Origin: Felis catus | Taxonomy: Eukaryota | DNA length: 64,000 nucleotides | Reading direction: 5' to 3' | Assembly (NCBI RefSeq): GCF_018350175.1 | Contig: NC_058369.1 | Span: forward strand, 27,592,001 to 27,656,000 | Shown here: positions 52,376 to 64,000 of the stretch, in pieces | Numbering within the stretch: the first letter of the stretch is position 1 | Layout of the letters: each line of letters opens with the position of its first letter | The notes under the pieces: model-generated | Databases searched by the model: none | What the model was told of the DNA's origin: nothing | Seen by the model: only the letters and a program-made list of their open reading frames with translations | Translations under genes and position numbers: made by a program

Positions 52376-53444
52376 CATGAGTGTTTTGGCTCATTCTGTG
52401 AGGCTGATCTATTAAACAGCCCGTGTCTCCAGTCTATGAAAGCACCCTGGTAATATACATAGCAATGCTATTATGCAGAGATCATGAATCAAGGCACACC
52501 GCATATCTAATTCAATATATTCTTCAAGGCTAAACTGCCATTTGAAAGTTTTACTTTCCAAATAGCCTCTATTGTACCTCTGCTCAAGTTAAACCTCATT
52601 CCTGCCCTTGAGCTATGTTCTTGTGTTTATTACAAACCGTGCGGAGGAACGTGAAAATGAAAAGCCTAAATGCAGAGAAGCTGACAAAGAATCAAACTTT
52701 GTCCCTGATCACGCCCACCCCTTCTTGATTATGGAGTTCAGGCTCTGAGCTTCCAAAGGGCCTCTGGAGAATGGGAGATTAAGTGTCTCTGTGGCTTTGC
52801 TGCAAAAGGAGGGGGAAATGATATGCTATTAAGGCAGAGGCAGGGAAAAAGGTGGTCCAAGGTGAATGAACACAGAGAAGCTTCATGTCAGCCCCAGAGC
52901 ACATCGTCCCCAAAGAAGGACATGTTATTGCCAGAATATTCTCCAGTCAACAATGAAGGCAGTCACAGATTGCTCAGCAACTGGGGTGAGCGTATACTTA
53001 AGTTACAAAGACTGTGTGAGTATAGGGAGACAAGAAGAATCAACAAATAAGGAAAAATAAATTGCAGACTACCCATGAAACAGTGTTAGGAGAAAACAAA
53101 GGAGGATGTGCCCAGGCTGAAGCGTGCTGAAGGACACAGGCTGGCTGACTTCAAAGTGAGACCAGAAAAGTGCCACAATGTAAGGGAATAGCCCATCTTA
53201 GAAGGAGCCTTCACTCAAACCTTGCTTCCCACACCTGCAGCTCTCCTTTCCACCTTTCTTTCTTTCCCCTTTCCTTTCTTTCTTCTTGTTCTCCTTCCTT
53301 CCTTTCTTCCCTGCTCCCTTATCCTCATTTCTTCTATCCATCACTCCATCCAACCACCCACGCAACATCTCCCTTGTATGTGTAATAACCAGGTATTACA
53401 CAACCTTGTATGTATAATAACCAGACCAGTGTTGTGCAAACTAC

Positions 53445-53640
53445 CCAATGCAAACCCTGGACCCACCACTTACTAGCTGCAGCCCCTGCCTCAAAAGGGC
53501 CTATATCTCCGTGTCCTCAGCTGCAGCAGAGAGTGCAACAGTCTCTACCTCACTTAGTTATTAAGAGGGATCAAAGCTAAGCCTGTGCTCAGCATGCTGC
53601 TTAGGACATAATTAGTACTCAACACATGTCGCTACAGCAG
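53445..53640 (+). mobile_element. MIR SINE
   Basis: caaaccctgg...ccacttactagctg...tctacctca...gacataattagtactcaacacatg. Confidence 0.7.
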
Positions 53641-53816
53641 TACTACTTTTATTTTTTTATGTATTTTCATTATCATTGTTTTTAACCTTCAGACCAAGTA
53701 GAGATCACATTCAGGGACCAGATCCCATGCTAGCAAGGAAGATATTTAAGAAGCTCCTTGAATGGGGCATCGTTCTAGTTCGTCTGCTGCTAGAGCTTGT
53801 CTCTCTTGCTTTGACT

Positions 53817-53941
53817 GCAGGTGCTCAAATCTGAGCATGCACCTGGGCCTGGTGAGACACCAGGGCCCCAAATGTGCATTTCTAACAAACTCACAGGTGA
53901 TACCGGTGTTGCTGGTTCAGGGCCACTGTCTGAGAAGCACT
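53817..53941 (-). mobile_element. MER5A, internally deleted
   Basis: tgcatttctaacaaactcacaggtgat...gctggttcagggccac...tgagaagcact. Confidence 0.75.
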
Positions 53942-54789
53942 TGATTAGACTGTCCATCCGTTTCCTGACCTCTTTCCTGCCAAATGTGACCAGAGGCATC
54001 ACAGTCACTCACTGCTTTGTCTGCCCTATTGCATTATGGAACACCAATAAGTAAATGTTCCCCTGGCTTCCTGCGCTCTGGTCATCCCTTATCCTTAGGG
54101 ATATGTCTGTTGTTATGCACTAATGAAATACGACTGGCTATGAATTTATTCTTTTAGGGGAGCCTCCTGGGTCCAGGTCCATCCATACCTGCTTTTCTTT
54201 ACCTTCCTTGCCTAGATTTAGTGTTCAGGGCTACTCCATAAGTTCTGTTATCACCCAGTCCTGGAAATGCCATGCTTGATCATTGGTAACCACTTGGAAT
54301 GTACTGTGACACTGATGACAACAAACAGCTCACTATGTAGGTGATTCTTCCCAAGGGCACAGACCTCACTCTACCCAGCCTGATATCTTGACATAAATTC
54401 TTAAGTGACAGACTGATCTCAAGATCCTGACAACCCACTCAACTCCTCAGAAGAGGGAAATCATGATAAAGCCAGCTCAAAACCTCACTGTTGTGAAGAA
54501 ATGCCATTGCCATGGCCTTCTGGTAGAATGGCACTCTGATAAAAAAACAAACAAAACCCTGTGGACAACACAGACACATCGGGATATTTTGACATAACCT
54601 GTCCTTGGTGAGTTCATATTGAGCCTTGGTGATCACAACTTACTTCTTGAAGTGCCAGAAAAACTTCTAATTGATAAAGCACTCCAAAGTTGTGCCAGGA
54701 TTTATTTTTCACTAGAGTTTAAATTTTGCTAGAGTTTCAAGCAGTTTAGCTACTTGAGTTAGAAGAATACTTCAGAAAATCCATAACCT

Positions 54790-54975
54790 GGTCTACACCA
54801 AAAGAGTTACCATGGTCAAGTAAAATTTCACAATGCTTATTAGCATATTAAGGTATCTGAGAAGAACCACATTATATACACTTGATTAAATATGTTCAAT
54901 CGCAACCAAGAAACTTATTTAATAATGGAGATCTCAGGTCCTTATTTATAGAATATCTATTTACATTTTCTAATA
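54790..54975 (+). mobile_element. MER103C-like fragment
   Basis: ccatggtcaagtaa, ttcacaatgcttattagcatattaaggtatctgagaag, aaacttattt. Confidence 0.6.
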
Positions 54976-54979
54976 GATA

Positions 54980-55160
54980 TTCATGTAAAAATATTTATAA
55001 CCAGGTGCCATTCTAGGAACCAGGAATATAGTAATTAACAAGTCCCCACCCCCATGAAGCTACATTCCAATGGGTGATGCAGACAATAAACAAGTAAATA
55101 AATCTACAATTTAATTTCAGGTGAAGATAAGTGTTATGGAAAAAATATAGTGGGCAGAGC
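54980..55160 (-). mobile_element. L2 3' end
   Basis: ccaggtgccattctaggaaccaggaatatag...gcagacaataaacaagtaaataaa...gataagtgttatggaaaaa. Confidence 0.8.
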
Positions 55161-55341
55161 TTAAAATTCAGAATTGGGACACTTAAAAATTTGAAGTTTG
55201 GGAAAAAAAGAAAATGGACTAAAGTTAAGGATACACTGAGGAAAGAGACAAATCAGGAGAGGGTAAATGTTAGAACTGAGGGAGGAAGGAATTTTAAGAA
55301 GGAGGGTATAATCATCAGTGTCAGTGCTGCAAACTGAGGAA

Positions 55342-56147
55342 ATAAACACTTAGCTAAAAACATATTCAACATCATTAGTCATTAGTGAAAGCAAAGCCAC
55401 ACTGAGATATTGCTTCACACTCAACAGAATGGCAATTAAAAAAATAAAATAAAAAGCAAGACAATAACAACTGTTGGCAAGAATATAGAGAATTAAAACC
55501 TTCATACACTTTTGGCGGGAACATAAAATGGCATCACTGCTTTGGAAAAAGAGTTCCACACTTCCTCGAAAAGTTAAACAGGGTTTTCATAGAACCCAAA
55601 ATTCCATTCCTACGTATATACCCAAGAGATATGAAAACATATGGACACACAAAAACTTGCACATGAATATTTATAGAAGTATTAACCATAATAGTCAAAT
55701 AGGGGAAACAACCCAAATGCCCATCAAGTAGTGAATGCATGAACAAATGTGGTATAGCCAGGTAATAGAACATGATTCAGCCATAAAAAGGAATGAAGAA
55801 CTGCTAAGTCAAAGAATTATGCTAAATGAATTACAGTCCATGAGAGAAGTCATACATAAAAGGCCAGATATTGTCTGATTCCATGTATGAAATGTCCAGA
55901 ATAGGCAAATCTATTGGGATAGAAAGTAAATTAGCAATTTCCAGGAAAAAAAAAAAAAAAAAAAACAAGGAGTAAGTGCTAATGGGCATGAGGTGTCTTT
56001 TGGGGAAGATGAATATATTTCAGAATTAGATAGTCATGATGGTTGCACAACTTTGTGAATATTCTAGAAAAAACATGGAACTGTACACTTTAAAAGAGTG
56101 CTTTTTATGGTATGTGGATTATACCTCAATAAATAAAGCTGTTATTT
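55342..56147 (+). mobile_element. L1 3' fragment (L1MB7/8-like)
   Basis: ttcaacatcattagtcattag, cacacaaaaacttgcacatgaatattta, cagccataaaaaggaatgaa, aaatgtccagaataggcaaatct, gatggttgcacaactttgtgaat, aataaagctgtt. Confidence 0.94.
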
Positions 56148-56448
56148 TTTTAAGTTTATTTAATTATTTAATTATCTTTCTTTCTTTCTTTCTTTTTCTT
56201 TCCTTCCTTCCTTCCTTCCTTCCTTCCTTCCTTCCTTCCTTCCTTCCTTCCTTCCTTCCTTCCTTCCTTCTCTTGAGAACATGAGCAGGAGAGGGGGAGA
56301 GAGAGAGAGGGAGAGAAAGAATCCGAAGCAGGGTCTGCACTGTCAGCACAGAGCCTGATGTGGAGCCTAAACCCATGAAATGCAAGATCATGACCTGAGC
56401 CAAAATCAAGAGTTGGACACTCAACCTATTGAGCCACTCAGGAGCCCC
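56148..56448 (-). mobile_element. Can-SINE (older subfamily) with (CTTT)n(TTCC)n expansion in its tail
   Basis: Antisense body ending ccactcaggagcccc; TSD aaagct(g/a)ttattt (56135-56147 / 56449-56461); pyrimidine tract 56176-56273. Confidence 0.96.
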
Positions 56449-56653
56449 AAAGCTATTATTTAAAAAAACAAAACAAAACTGAAGTGGATTTAGGAGAGAG
56501 GGAAAGGTGAAGAAAGGGAGAGACATAAGCACAGAAAACTTTCCAAGGAAAAGGAGTCTTGCAAAGAAATCAATAGCAGTATCTGCAGAGGAGGAAGAAA
56601 ATCACTCTTTGGGAAATACTGGTTTAAGTTTCCTAAGCCTACTAATTTCTACA

Positions 56654-56697
<44 letters not shown>

Positions 56698-56706
56698 CAT
56701 TATTAT
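56654..56706. repeat. (ATT)n microsatellite
   Basis: ATT run with ATC variants at the 3' end. Confidence 0.97.
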
Positions 56707-56725
56707 CTTTAGTAGTAGAAATTGT

Positions 56726-56977
56726 CATTAGCATTTATTGAAAGCTCACTACATGCCAGTCCCTGGGATGATTTATATCCTTTCAGGGAAGTCTTACAAT
56801 ACTCCCAAGAGATGGGGCGCCTGGGTGGCTCATTAGGTTAAGTGTCTGAATTCAGCTCAGGTCATGACCTCACAGTTTGTGGGATTGAGCCTTGCAAGGA
56901 GCTCTGTGCTGACAGCTTGGAGCCTGTGGTCTCCTTCAGATTCTGTGTCTCCCTCTCACTGCCCCTCCCCTGCTCAT

Positions 56978-57034
<57 letters not shown>

Positions 57035-57190
57035 AATAAATAAACATAAAAAATACTCCCAAGAGGTAATTAATAAATACATTTATCATTTCCAGTTGAC
57101 AAAATAGACCCCAAGAGGTTAAGCAACTTGCCCAAGCTCCTGCAGAGAGTGACCAAGAGCTGAAATCTGAATCCAAGACTGCCATGACAC
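56726..57190 (-). mobile_element. MIR interrupted by the SINE at 56814
   Basis: agcatttattga...ctacatgccag before; agaggttaagcaacttgcccaag...gagctgaaatctgaatccaag after. Confidence 0.75.
56814..57051 (+). mobile_element. Can-SINE (SINEC_Fc type) with long (CT)n
   Basis: ggggcgcctgggtggctca...; TSD aatactcccaagag(a/g)t (56798-56813 / 57052-57067). Confidence 0.97.
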
Positions 57191-57936
57191 CTTCTCTTAG
57201 GAGACCACCCTGCTTCTACCAAATATTCGTACCAGATATAAGGACAACCCTTTGCTATGGCTCTCAAGCTCCATGATTTCTCAGTAATGTCTTTGATCAC
57301 ATCTGCAAGTCCTTTGGGCATCAAAGAATACAAGTGGCCTTTCCCTAGAAACTTTAATTCACTTAAAACAGTGTCATCTCCTGAGCTCCATTTTTACCTT
57401 ACTCGTTCCTAGTTGGGAGCCATCCCTAATATAATATAAACTAAGTTGCTCAATGCCAAATCTTTTCTTCCACTCATGTATTAAATTTAAGTAATTTGTA
57501 CCAAGCAGTAGATTCACCCTTTCCTGGCTCACACATTTGAGCACATTTTAGCTTTAAAAGCCCTGTTATCTCTAGCTTTTTCTCCAAGTGTGGGAGCTGA
57601 GTTTTAATACCCTGACAACATTTTTATAAGTCCTACTTCTTTTGCACTAAGGCACTTCTCCTTCCATCCTTTTGAACACATCTACTTTACCTCATATTCA
57701 CCTGAGGATGGTGGGTGTTATCATACTGGTGTCTTTTGCCCTTGTCAGAATATAGTGCAGTTTGGTTTTAAGGGATACAAGCAAGCAGAAAGGGCAGTGA
57801 AGGCTAGAGAGCTACCCTGCTCCATAACTAGGGTCCTGCCGCCACCAGCTGCTCCCTCATGAACCCCCTCCCTCAGATCAATGAGTGACCTTAGAATGCA
57901 AATCTGATTCTAAAGAATAACAAAAAACCACTGCAG

Positions 57937-58148
57937 GTAATGGGCAGAGATACTTTTACCCTTCTAGTAAATCCACATCCTAATCCCTGAACTCGTGCAT
58001 AAGTTGTTACATGGCAAAGGTGAAATTGGCTACAGAAAGATTAAGGTTGCTAACCAGTTGCCCTTAAAATAGGAAAAGTATGGGTGATCTTGGATTTTCC
58101 ACCTGGGCTCAGGGTGACCACAAGGGTCACCTTAAAAGTGGAAGAGGG
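57937..58148 (+). mobile_element. MaLR LTR 5' part (MLT1D-like)
   Basis: tccacatcctaatccctgaa...ttacatggcaaagg...gattaaggttgctaaccagttgcccttaaaatagg...cacaagggtc...cttaaaagtggaagagg. Confidence 0.85.
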
Positions 58149-58149
58149 T

Positions 58150-58382
58150 GACCATCATCAAAATTTAAAACAATGTGCTCCAAAGAATACCATCAAGAAA
58201 CTGAAAGGTCAACTCAGAGAATGGGAGAAAATTTTTGTAGATCATATATCTGATTGGGCACTATATCCAGGACACATAAAGAACTATGAAAACTTAATGA
58301 AAGACAAAATTCTAACTAAAAAACAGGCAAAGTAGGAACATTTCTCCAAAGAAGATGCATAAATGGCAGCAAGCACCTGAAC
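58150..58382 (+). mobile_element. L1 ORF2 internal fragment (degenerate)
   Basis: Translation KNTIKKLKGQLREWEKIFVDHISD resembles L1 ORF2p C-terminal region; followed by acatttctccaaagaagat...aaatggc. Confidence 0.88.
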
Positions 58383-58515
58383 AGAGCCAGCAGGCCACCC
58401 TGTTAGAAGGACTTTCCTGAGAGCCAGCCTCTTTCTCTGTCTTCCCAGGAGAGGCAGATGACAATACTTCAAATCAGCACAAGTAAGATTCCCCAGCATG
58501 AAGCATGCTACTAGT

Positions 58516-58654
58516 TAGGGGGCCATATAATTTATTGTCTAAAGTGGGGCTTTTAAGAGTGAAAGAAGGCACTATTCACACTGCACTGGCCTGTTTAGGA
58601 CAATAGGCCTAACTCTGAGCTGTTCCAAATAAACCCAGACATACATTCACCCAA
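58516..58654. mobile_element. MER94-like hAT-Blackjack MITE
   Basis: tagggggccatataatttattgtc...gagtgaaagaaggcactatt...tcacccaa; 8-bp TSD ctactagt/atactagt. Confidence 0.78.
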
Positions 58655-58719
58655 ATACTAGTCGTTCAGTTGGGAAGGACAATGGAGTAGCTAGATGGAT
58701 ATGACATCCCCTCAACCTG

Positions 58720-58860
58720 CCTTATAATTTCAGCTCTGCCACTATGATAAATTGGGTGACCCTGGACCATTTATGTGTTCCTCAGAAAGCCCCCCACTTT
58801 CCTCATGTAGAAAAATAGAGATGGTAGGAGTTTCTACTTCTTAGGACTTTGGATGTGCTA
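58720..58860 (+). mobile_element. MIR fragment
   Basis: cagctctgccact...ggtgaccctgga...tttcctcatgtagaaaaat. Confidence 0.65.
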
Positions 58861-58959
58861 ATACATCTACAGCTCTGTGTGCCATTATTAGCATCAACTG
58901 TTCTCATGGGAATGGTAGCTCATGTTATAACTGATAATAACTTAAAAATGGATGGATGA

Positions 58960-59158
58960 GGGGCACCTGGGTGGCTCAGTTGGTTAAGCTTATGACTCCA
59001 GCTCAGGTCATGACCCTGTGGTTGGTGAGTTCGAGTCCCACGTCAGGCTCTGTGCTGACAGCTCAGAGCCTAGACCCTGCTTCGGATTCTATGTCTCTGA
59101 CTCTCTCTACCCCTCCCCCTCTCTGCCTCTCAAAAATAAATAAACATTAATTTTTTTT
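58960..59158 (+). mobile_element. Can-SINE (SINEC_Fc type)
   Basis: ggggcacctgggtggctcagttggttaagc...gttcgagtccc; TSD aaatggat(g/a)gatga (58946-58959 / 59159-59172). Confidence 0.97.
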
Positions 59159-61235
59159 AAATGGATAGATGAATGGTGTGATAGTGCAATTGATGTCTAA
59201 GTAAAGCTAATAATAATTAAGTGATGTGTCAGTGTTATCTTTATAGAAGAGAAGTGGATTAAATTTAAGGGGTTCTCCAAAAAAGTGATGACATAACCAA
59301 CATTTCTAGAGACACCAGGTGTCCCTCATTCATAACATTCAACTAACAGCCTCAGAATAATGGATGATGCATTTAGTCCCCCTCTTTGTTATCCAGATTC
59401 TATAGTTAAGCTACTTGAATAGGAGGGGGTGGAGAAGCCCAGAACTTCTTTTTGAAACAAAAAAAAAAAAGGGGGGGAGGAATTCCTAATTGGTGGAAAC
59501 AGGATGTTTTGCCTTTTGGAAGTCTGGGAGGAGTAGAAGGTGGACATCGAAAATCTATAGTAATTTGAGAATTTGAATCTGTGGAGGAAGCGAAAGCAAT
59601 GAAAGACTGGAGGCAAAATAATGGGAAGGGGACTGTGTTAACTCCTCATGCCCAGATGTTTCTCTCCACATGGCAGTCACTCTACTGCCATTCTTAGTAA
59701 AGGAAAATGGAAGAAGCCACTTGAAATGTAATTGTCTCTTGCTGTTCCTGTTTGGGCCTATTATGCAAACAGTAGGAAGATTTCTCATTTTGTTCTGTTT
59801 ATTGCAGTAGGATTATAAACAGAAAGAGGAGGAGAGGTTCTTCCAGCACCTGCTTTCTTAATTGATAGTGATTTCCTTGCCCCCAAAAGCGAGTGGTTTT
59901 TAAACAACGTAGGTACTTTCTGCTGCGCAACATCACTGTTTTATAAACACCTCATGAAGACAGGAAAGGTGGTGGAACCAAGCAATAGCTCCCATTTCCT
60001 GCTTGGGGTGAACACTGCATGTCGGTCACCTATATATTTCTTCCATTTGCAATCAAGGCTTTTATTTACAAAGACAAATGATAGAAAAGGCAAGTTTTCT
60101 TCCTGTGTGCCCTGCTTTTGTGAGCGATGGGTTACGAAGTTGTTCTCCTTTTTATCTGTTCATTTTGTTCTGAATTAGGGCTCCTTAAAACAAAGAACAC
60201 AAGAGAAATCTCATATGATCCAGTGCTTGGCTTTAGAGATAAGCTACTCCTGCTTGTGGTGCAGAAGATGGGAGAAAAGTGATTGGCAAAACAGATGCAT
60301 TGACACCTGCTCATGTTTGTTCAGTTCTCTGACCTGTACTTGTGAAAGAGAAATTGAAGAAGAACCTGACCATTATTTTCATGTTCTGAGCTTAAAGCCA
60401 AAAGGGAAAGACACATGCCCAGGCTCTCAGAGTGCAGTGACACTCTATAAAGCATGAGATTCCAGCATCTTGCTTTTATTTGACTTGAAAAGACCTTAAT
60501 TTTTAGAAAATTTTAAATTTAAAGCTGTCTGGTCGCTAAAAGCTCCTTTAAACTCTCATTGTGGTTTGGAGCCATACATCATCAAAGCCATGATGCTTAG
60601 ATGATGTACTGCACCCATATATCATGAGAGCACTGTCCCTCTCATGATATATTATTATAACTCACAATTGGAGCACCGCCATTGATATATGGCTTAAAAA
60701 CACAATTGTTAAGCCAAAAAACTCTGCAGGGTCTCCACATATTCTGGAAGTATTTTGTTTTGTTTTTGTTTTTTTAACTGAATTGGCTTTTAAAAAAATT
60801 TTTTTTCTTAAAGTTTCTCAACTTGACTGGAGCAGTCTGGACACCTGAAAAACACTGGGTTTCTTCTGTTTCCTAAAAGGCATACCAGTTGCTTCAGCAT
60901 TGCTGAAAGTCTAAAGGAAGGAAGTCATTGACAGGAGGGTCAAAAACCATCACTGTGCCTGTGCCTTCTGACAGACTACCAATTTTATTCTTGAGTTGGC
61001 TGGGCCCTCAAGGTGTCCTCAAGGCCCTGTGAGCAGGAGGACTTCCAGTGACATGTATTTTGGAACTACAAACCAATACTTACCAAAGCAAGTATGGCAG
61101 AATCCACCCATAAAGAAAAAAACAGGCTTTGGGGTTGTTGATGGTTCAGAATAGGATACATTTAGCAAGGCTTGCTTCAGAACCAACCACACCTTCTGGT
61201 TTAGAGTAGAAGCAGGTTGTGAAAAACATTTTCAG

Positions 61236-61395
61236 GGGGTGCCTGGGTGGCTCAGTCATGATCTCAGCTGGATCTTGGCTCAGGTCAAGATCTCATGGTT
61301 GTGAGTTCAAGTCCCACATCTGGCTCTCTGCTGTTAGCACAGAGCGTGTTTCAGATCTTCCGTCCCTCTGTCTCTCTGCCCTTCCTGGCTCATAT

Positions 61396-61429
<34 letters not shown>

Positions 61430-61460
61430 GAAAATGAACAAACACTTAAGATAAATAAAG
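61236..61460 (+). mobile_element. Can-SINE with rearranged 5' region and (CTGT)n
   Basis: ggggtgcctgggtggctcagtc...ggctcaggtcaagatctc...gagttcaagtccc; degenerate TSD ending ttcagg. Confidence 0.93.
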
Positions 61461-61859
61461 AAAACTGTTCAGGAAGAAGAAAATAGGATGTATAATCACT
61501 ACCCTTTAAAAAGTTGACAAACTCAAGCAATATTGATAAAACCATGATAAACCATGCAAATATGATAATTTTAATGTCAATAGGGTCTGCTCATGCAACA
61601 AGACAAATGAAACTCCAGGTAGACTTATTTGAGGACAAAAAAAAAGTCTTCCCATTAATCCACACATGCAAGAGTTCTGTTTGCTGCTGAGCAGAGAGAG
61701 TACATTACTGACAATTCCAGCAAAATGATTTTCAAGAGATACAAAGAATGTTTAAGGACTTACCACCCTTGTATTTTATCAGCAGTTGTTGTAGTTGTTG
61801 TGTTACAGTATGTATCCTTGGTAGGAAAAATTACATAGTGATTCTTCCTATGTATGACA

Positions 61860-62160
61860 TTTCTTTCCTGTTCCTTGTCTCCCATTTCCTCCCAATTTTT
61901 AAGAGCCAGTTTAAATGCCCACCATCATCTCCTTCAGACTCACCAGGGGTCTTCTGATTCATTGTAGGCATCTCAATGACTGCTTTGTACTGTTAAGAAC
62001 CATTAATTCCAGGTGCCTCTCTTCTATTAATCTGGAACTCTGGAATATTCCTGACTGTACTTTTCTCCTGATTATTTCCTTCCCCCAATCCCACATTCCA
62101 TATTATGTAAATGCTTGGTAGATGGATGGGTGAATGGATGGATAGATGGATGTGTGGGTA
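61860..62160 (+). mobile_element. L2 3' end with (GATG)n tail
   Basis: cagtttaaatgcccaccatc...; ends taaatgcttggtagatggatgggtgaatggatggatagatggatg. Confidence 0.5.
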
Positions 62161-64000
62161 GGTGATTACAAACTGTTCTTAATTTGTTAGGTTGTTTTAG
62201 AAAAAAAGAAAAAAAGAAACCTCATACACACAGATTCTTTTGGCCACTCTTGTCTTTTCCCTCTGCTTCCACATACAAGGATATGGCCCGTGCAGAGCCA
62301 TTATGATTACATCGCACATTACTTTCTTTCCAATTGCATTTTTTTTTCTACAAAAGTGTAAGTTTGAAGGTCTTGTCTTTCCAGCTTCATATAAGTGCTT
62401 TTTAAAAACTCCTCAAATATGCTTGAGTGTCTGGAGCAAATAGCTCATCCTGAAAACAATCAGCCTTGCACGGTCTGCCAAGGGGATGTATTCTTTGCTC
62501 AGCATTAACTTTAATAAGAGTTACTATGGTTCTCTCTCAGGAGAAAAGAAGAAACCCACCCTTTCTTTGGATAGCTTGTGACCTTGACAAATTAATTCTA
62601 GGATGTTCTCTTTGCTACAAAGAGTATCTAGAATATGTTTTTTTTTATACACCATATCAGAACATTAATCCACAGAGTTATTCCCTCTGGGTATTTTTCT
62701 GTTGGGTATACAATAAAGGATTTGGATGCAAATGGAACAATTATGGCATTTTTCCTTGTCTTACTCATTCTGTGACAAATGCACATTGCTTTACTGTTTG
62801 CCATACACATAATTACAGTTCTTTAATTTATGTTTCAATAAAATGTATAATAATAAACGTTTACTGCTCCATGAATAAACATTCAAATGAAGCCTCTAAT
62901 GGAGGTTACATGTTTCGAAGCAGCTCTGTGGCTTTCTAGAAATCTTGCCCTCTACTTAATGAGCATCATTTCCATAATCTGTGCATTATTGCTTAAGCTT
63001 CCCTTTAGGAATATTTTACAAAGCAAAAAAAAAAAAAGTGAAATATTATCAGTCCAAAGGGAAAAAAATGTTAAGGGGATTAGCAACTTGTCCTGTTAAA
63101 GGGACAGGACAAGCTTTCATGTCCCTCCAGAGATAGTGACACAGTAATTATGGAAATGGTGCTTCCTAATTATCTCACTAGCTGAGTGCATCACTACTAT
63201 AGTTTTCATCTTTAATATCTGGTTTAAATAAAAGTGATGAGAAACCCAGAAAGGTCAGCCATGAAGGGCAAGCTTGTGTTATTTCCATTTCTAGTGCTAA
63301 CAGAGAGACTAAGAAGTAGACCTATAAATTCACAGGAGGTCAGGAGACCACAACATGTAAACTTTTGGGTGTGAAACAGACACACAGTCTGAGTATCAAA
63401 TAGTCACCCAGAAGTAACTGAATCTAGACAAGATCCTAAGTTGGGTTTCAAGTTGATGGTGTCATGCATTATTTTCAATATGAGTTATTTTTTAGGAAAA
63501 TTACTTAATATAATTTTATGTCATTATCATTTCAAAGGTTAATCTATTTCAAATAATTTTTGCAAATTGTGTTCCAAAAAGCAGGTACTTTTTAAAAATA
63601 AATGAAGCATAATGATACTTTTCTTTTCCCTTTGTCCACCAGTGACAACTAGGTTGTTTAACTAGAGAGAGAGAGAAAAAACAAAAAAAAAAAACAAAAA
63701 AAAAACAAGGTGCCAGATAAAATCAAGGAACAAAGATGTGCTGTGGTATGGTAAGATCCAGACACTTAGCCTCTGCAGGAGGGTGATGAACCACATCAGT
63801 TCACGACCTGTCAGTCTGCTTTGTTGGTGGGCTGGCACACTATTTAAACGTTGTCAGGAAGGAATCATTTTACACAGTTAAAAGTCATGTTTCTTTAGTA
63901 TGAAAAAATGTCTCTGTGCCTGCATGCAACATTTTGAGACTTTGCTATTCATTTAACGTAGGAACAGCAGCAAGCAGGGAAGGGTTCCTAAGTGAAGCCC

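Noticed and set aside
58084..58335. ORF containing EWEKIF motif
   Set aside because: Degenerate L1 ORF2 remnant fused to LTR sequence, not a host gene
62466..62939. Longest ORF (157 aa)
   Set aside because: Non-ATG (TTG) start, C/Y/F-rich composition typical of AT-rich non-coding DNA, no recognisable domain

Overview
Non-coding, repeat-rich mammalian genomic DNA, almost certainly from a felid (cat family), as shown by 18 tRNA-derived Can-SINEs of the SINEC_Fc type. It is AT-rich and CpG-depleted with no CpG island. I find no supportable protein-coding exon, RNA gene or processed pseudogene. The ORF track is explained by SINEs, microsatellites, an L1 ORF2 remnant and chance ORFs. Content: Can-SINEs of at least three ages (two very young, with perfect TSDs), L1 3' fragments, L2 and MIR relics, MaLR solo LTRs (MLT1), many hAT MITE fossils (MER20, MER5A, MER3, MER33, MER58A, MER63, MER94, MER102-like, MER103C, Charlie4z) and several long or compound microsatellites. 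The region is intergenic or deep-intronic, and I cannot name the locus. Repeat family names come from my recall of consensus sequences, not a search, and boundaries of old elements are approximate. I found no evidence for a novel biological system. The most notable items are candidate polymorphic SINE insertions, nested insertions, template-switch micro-rearrangements, non-B DNA tracts and a few motif clusters that may be enhancers.
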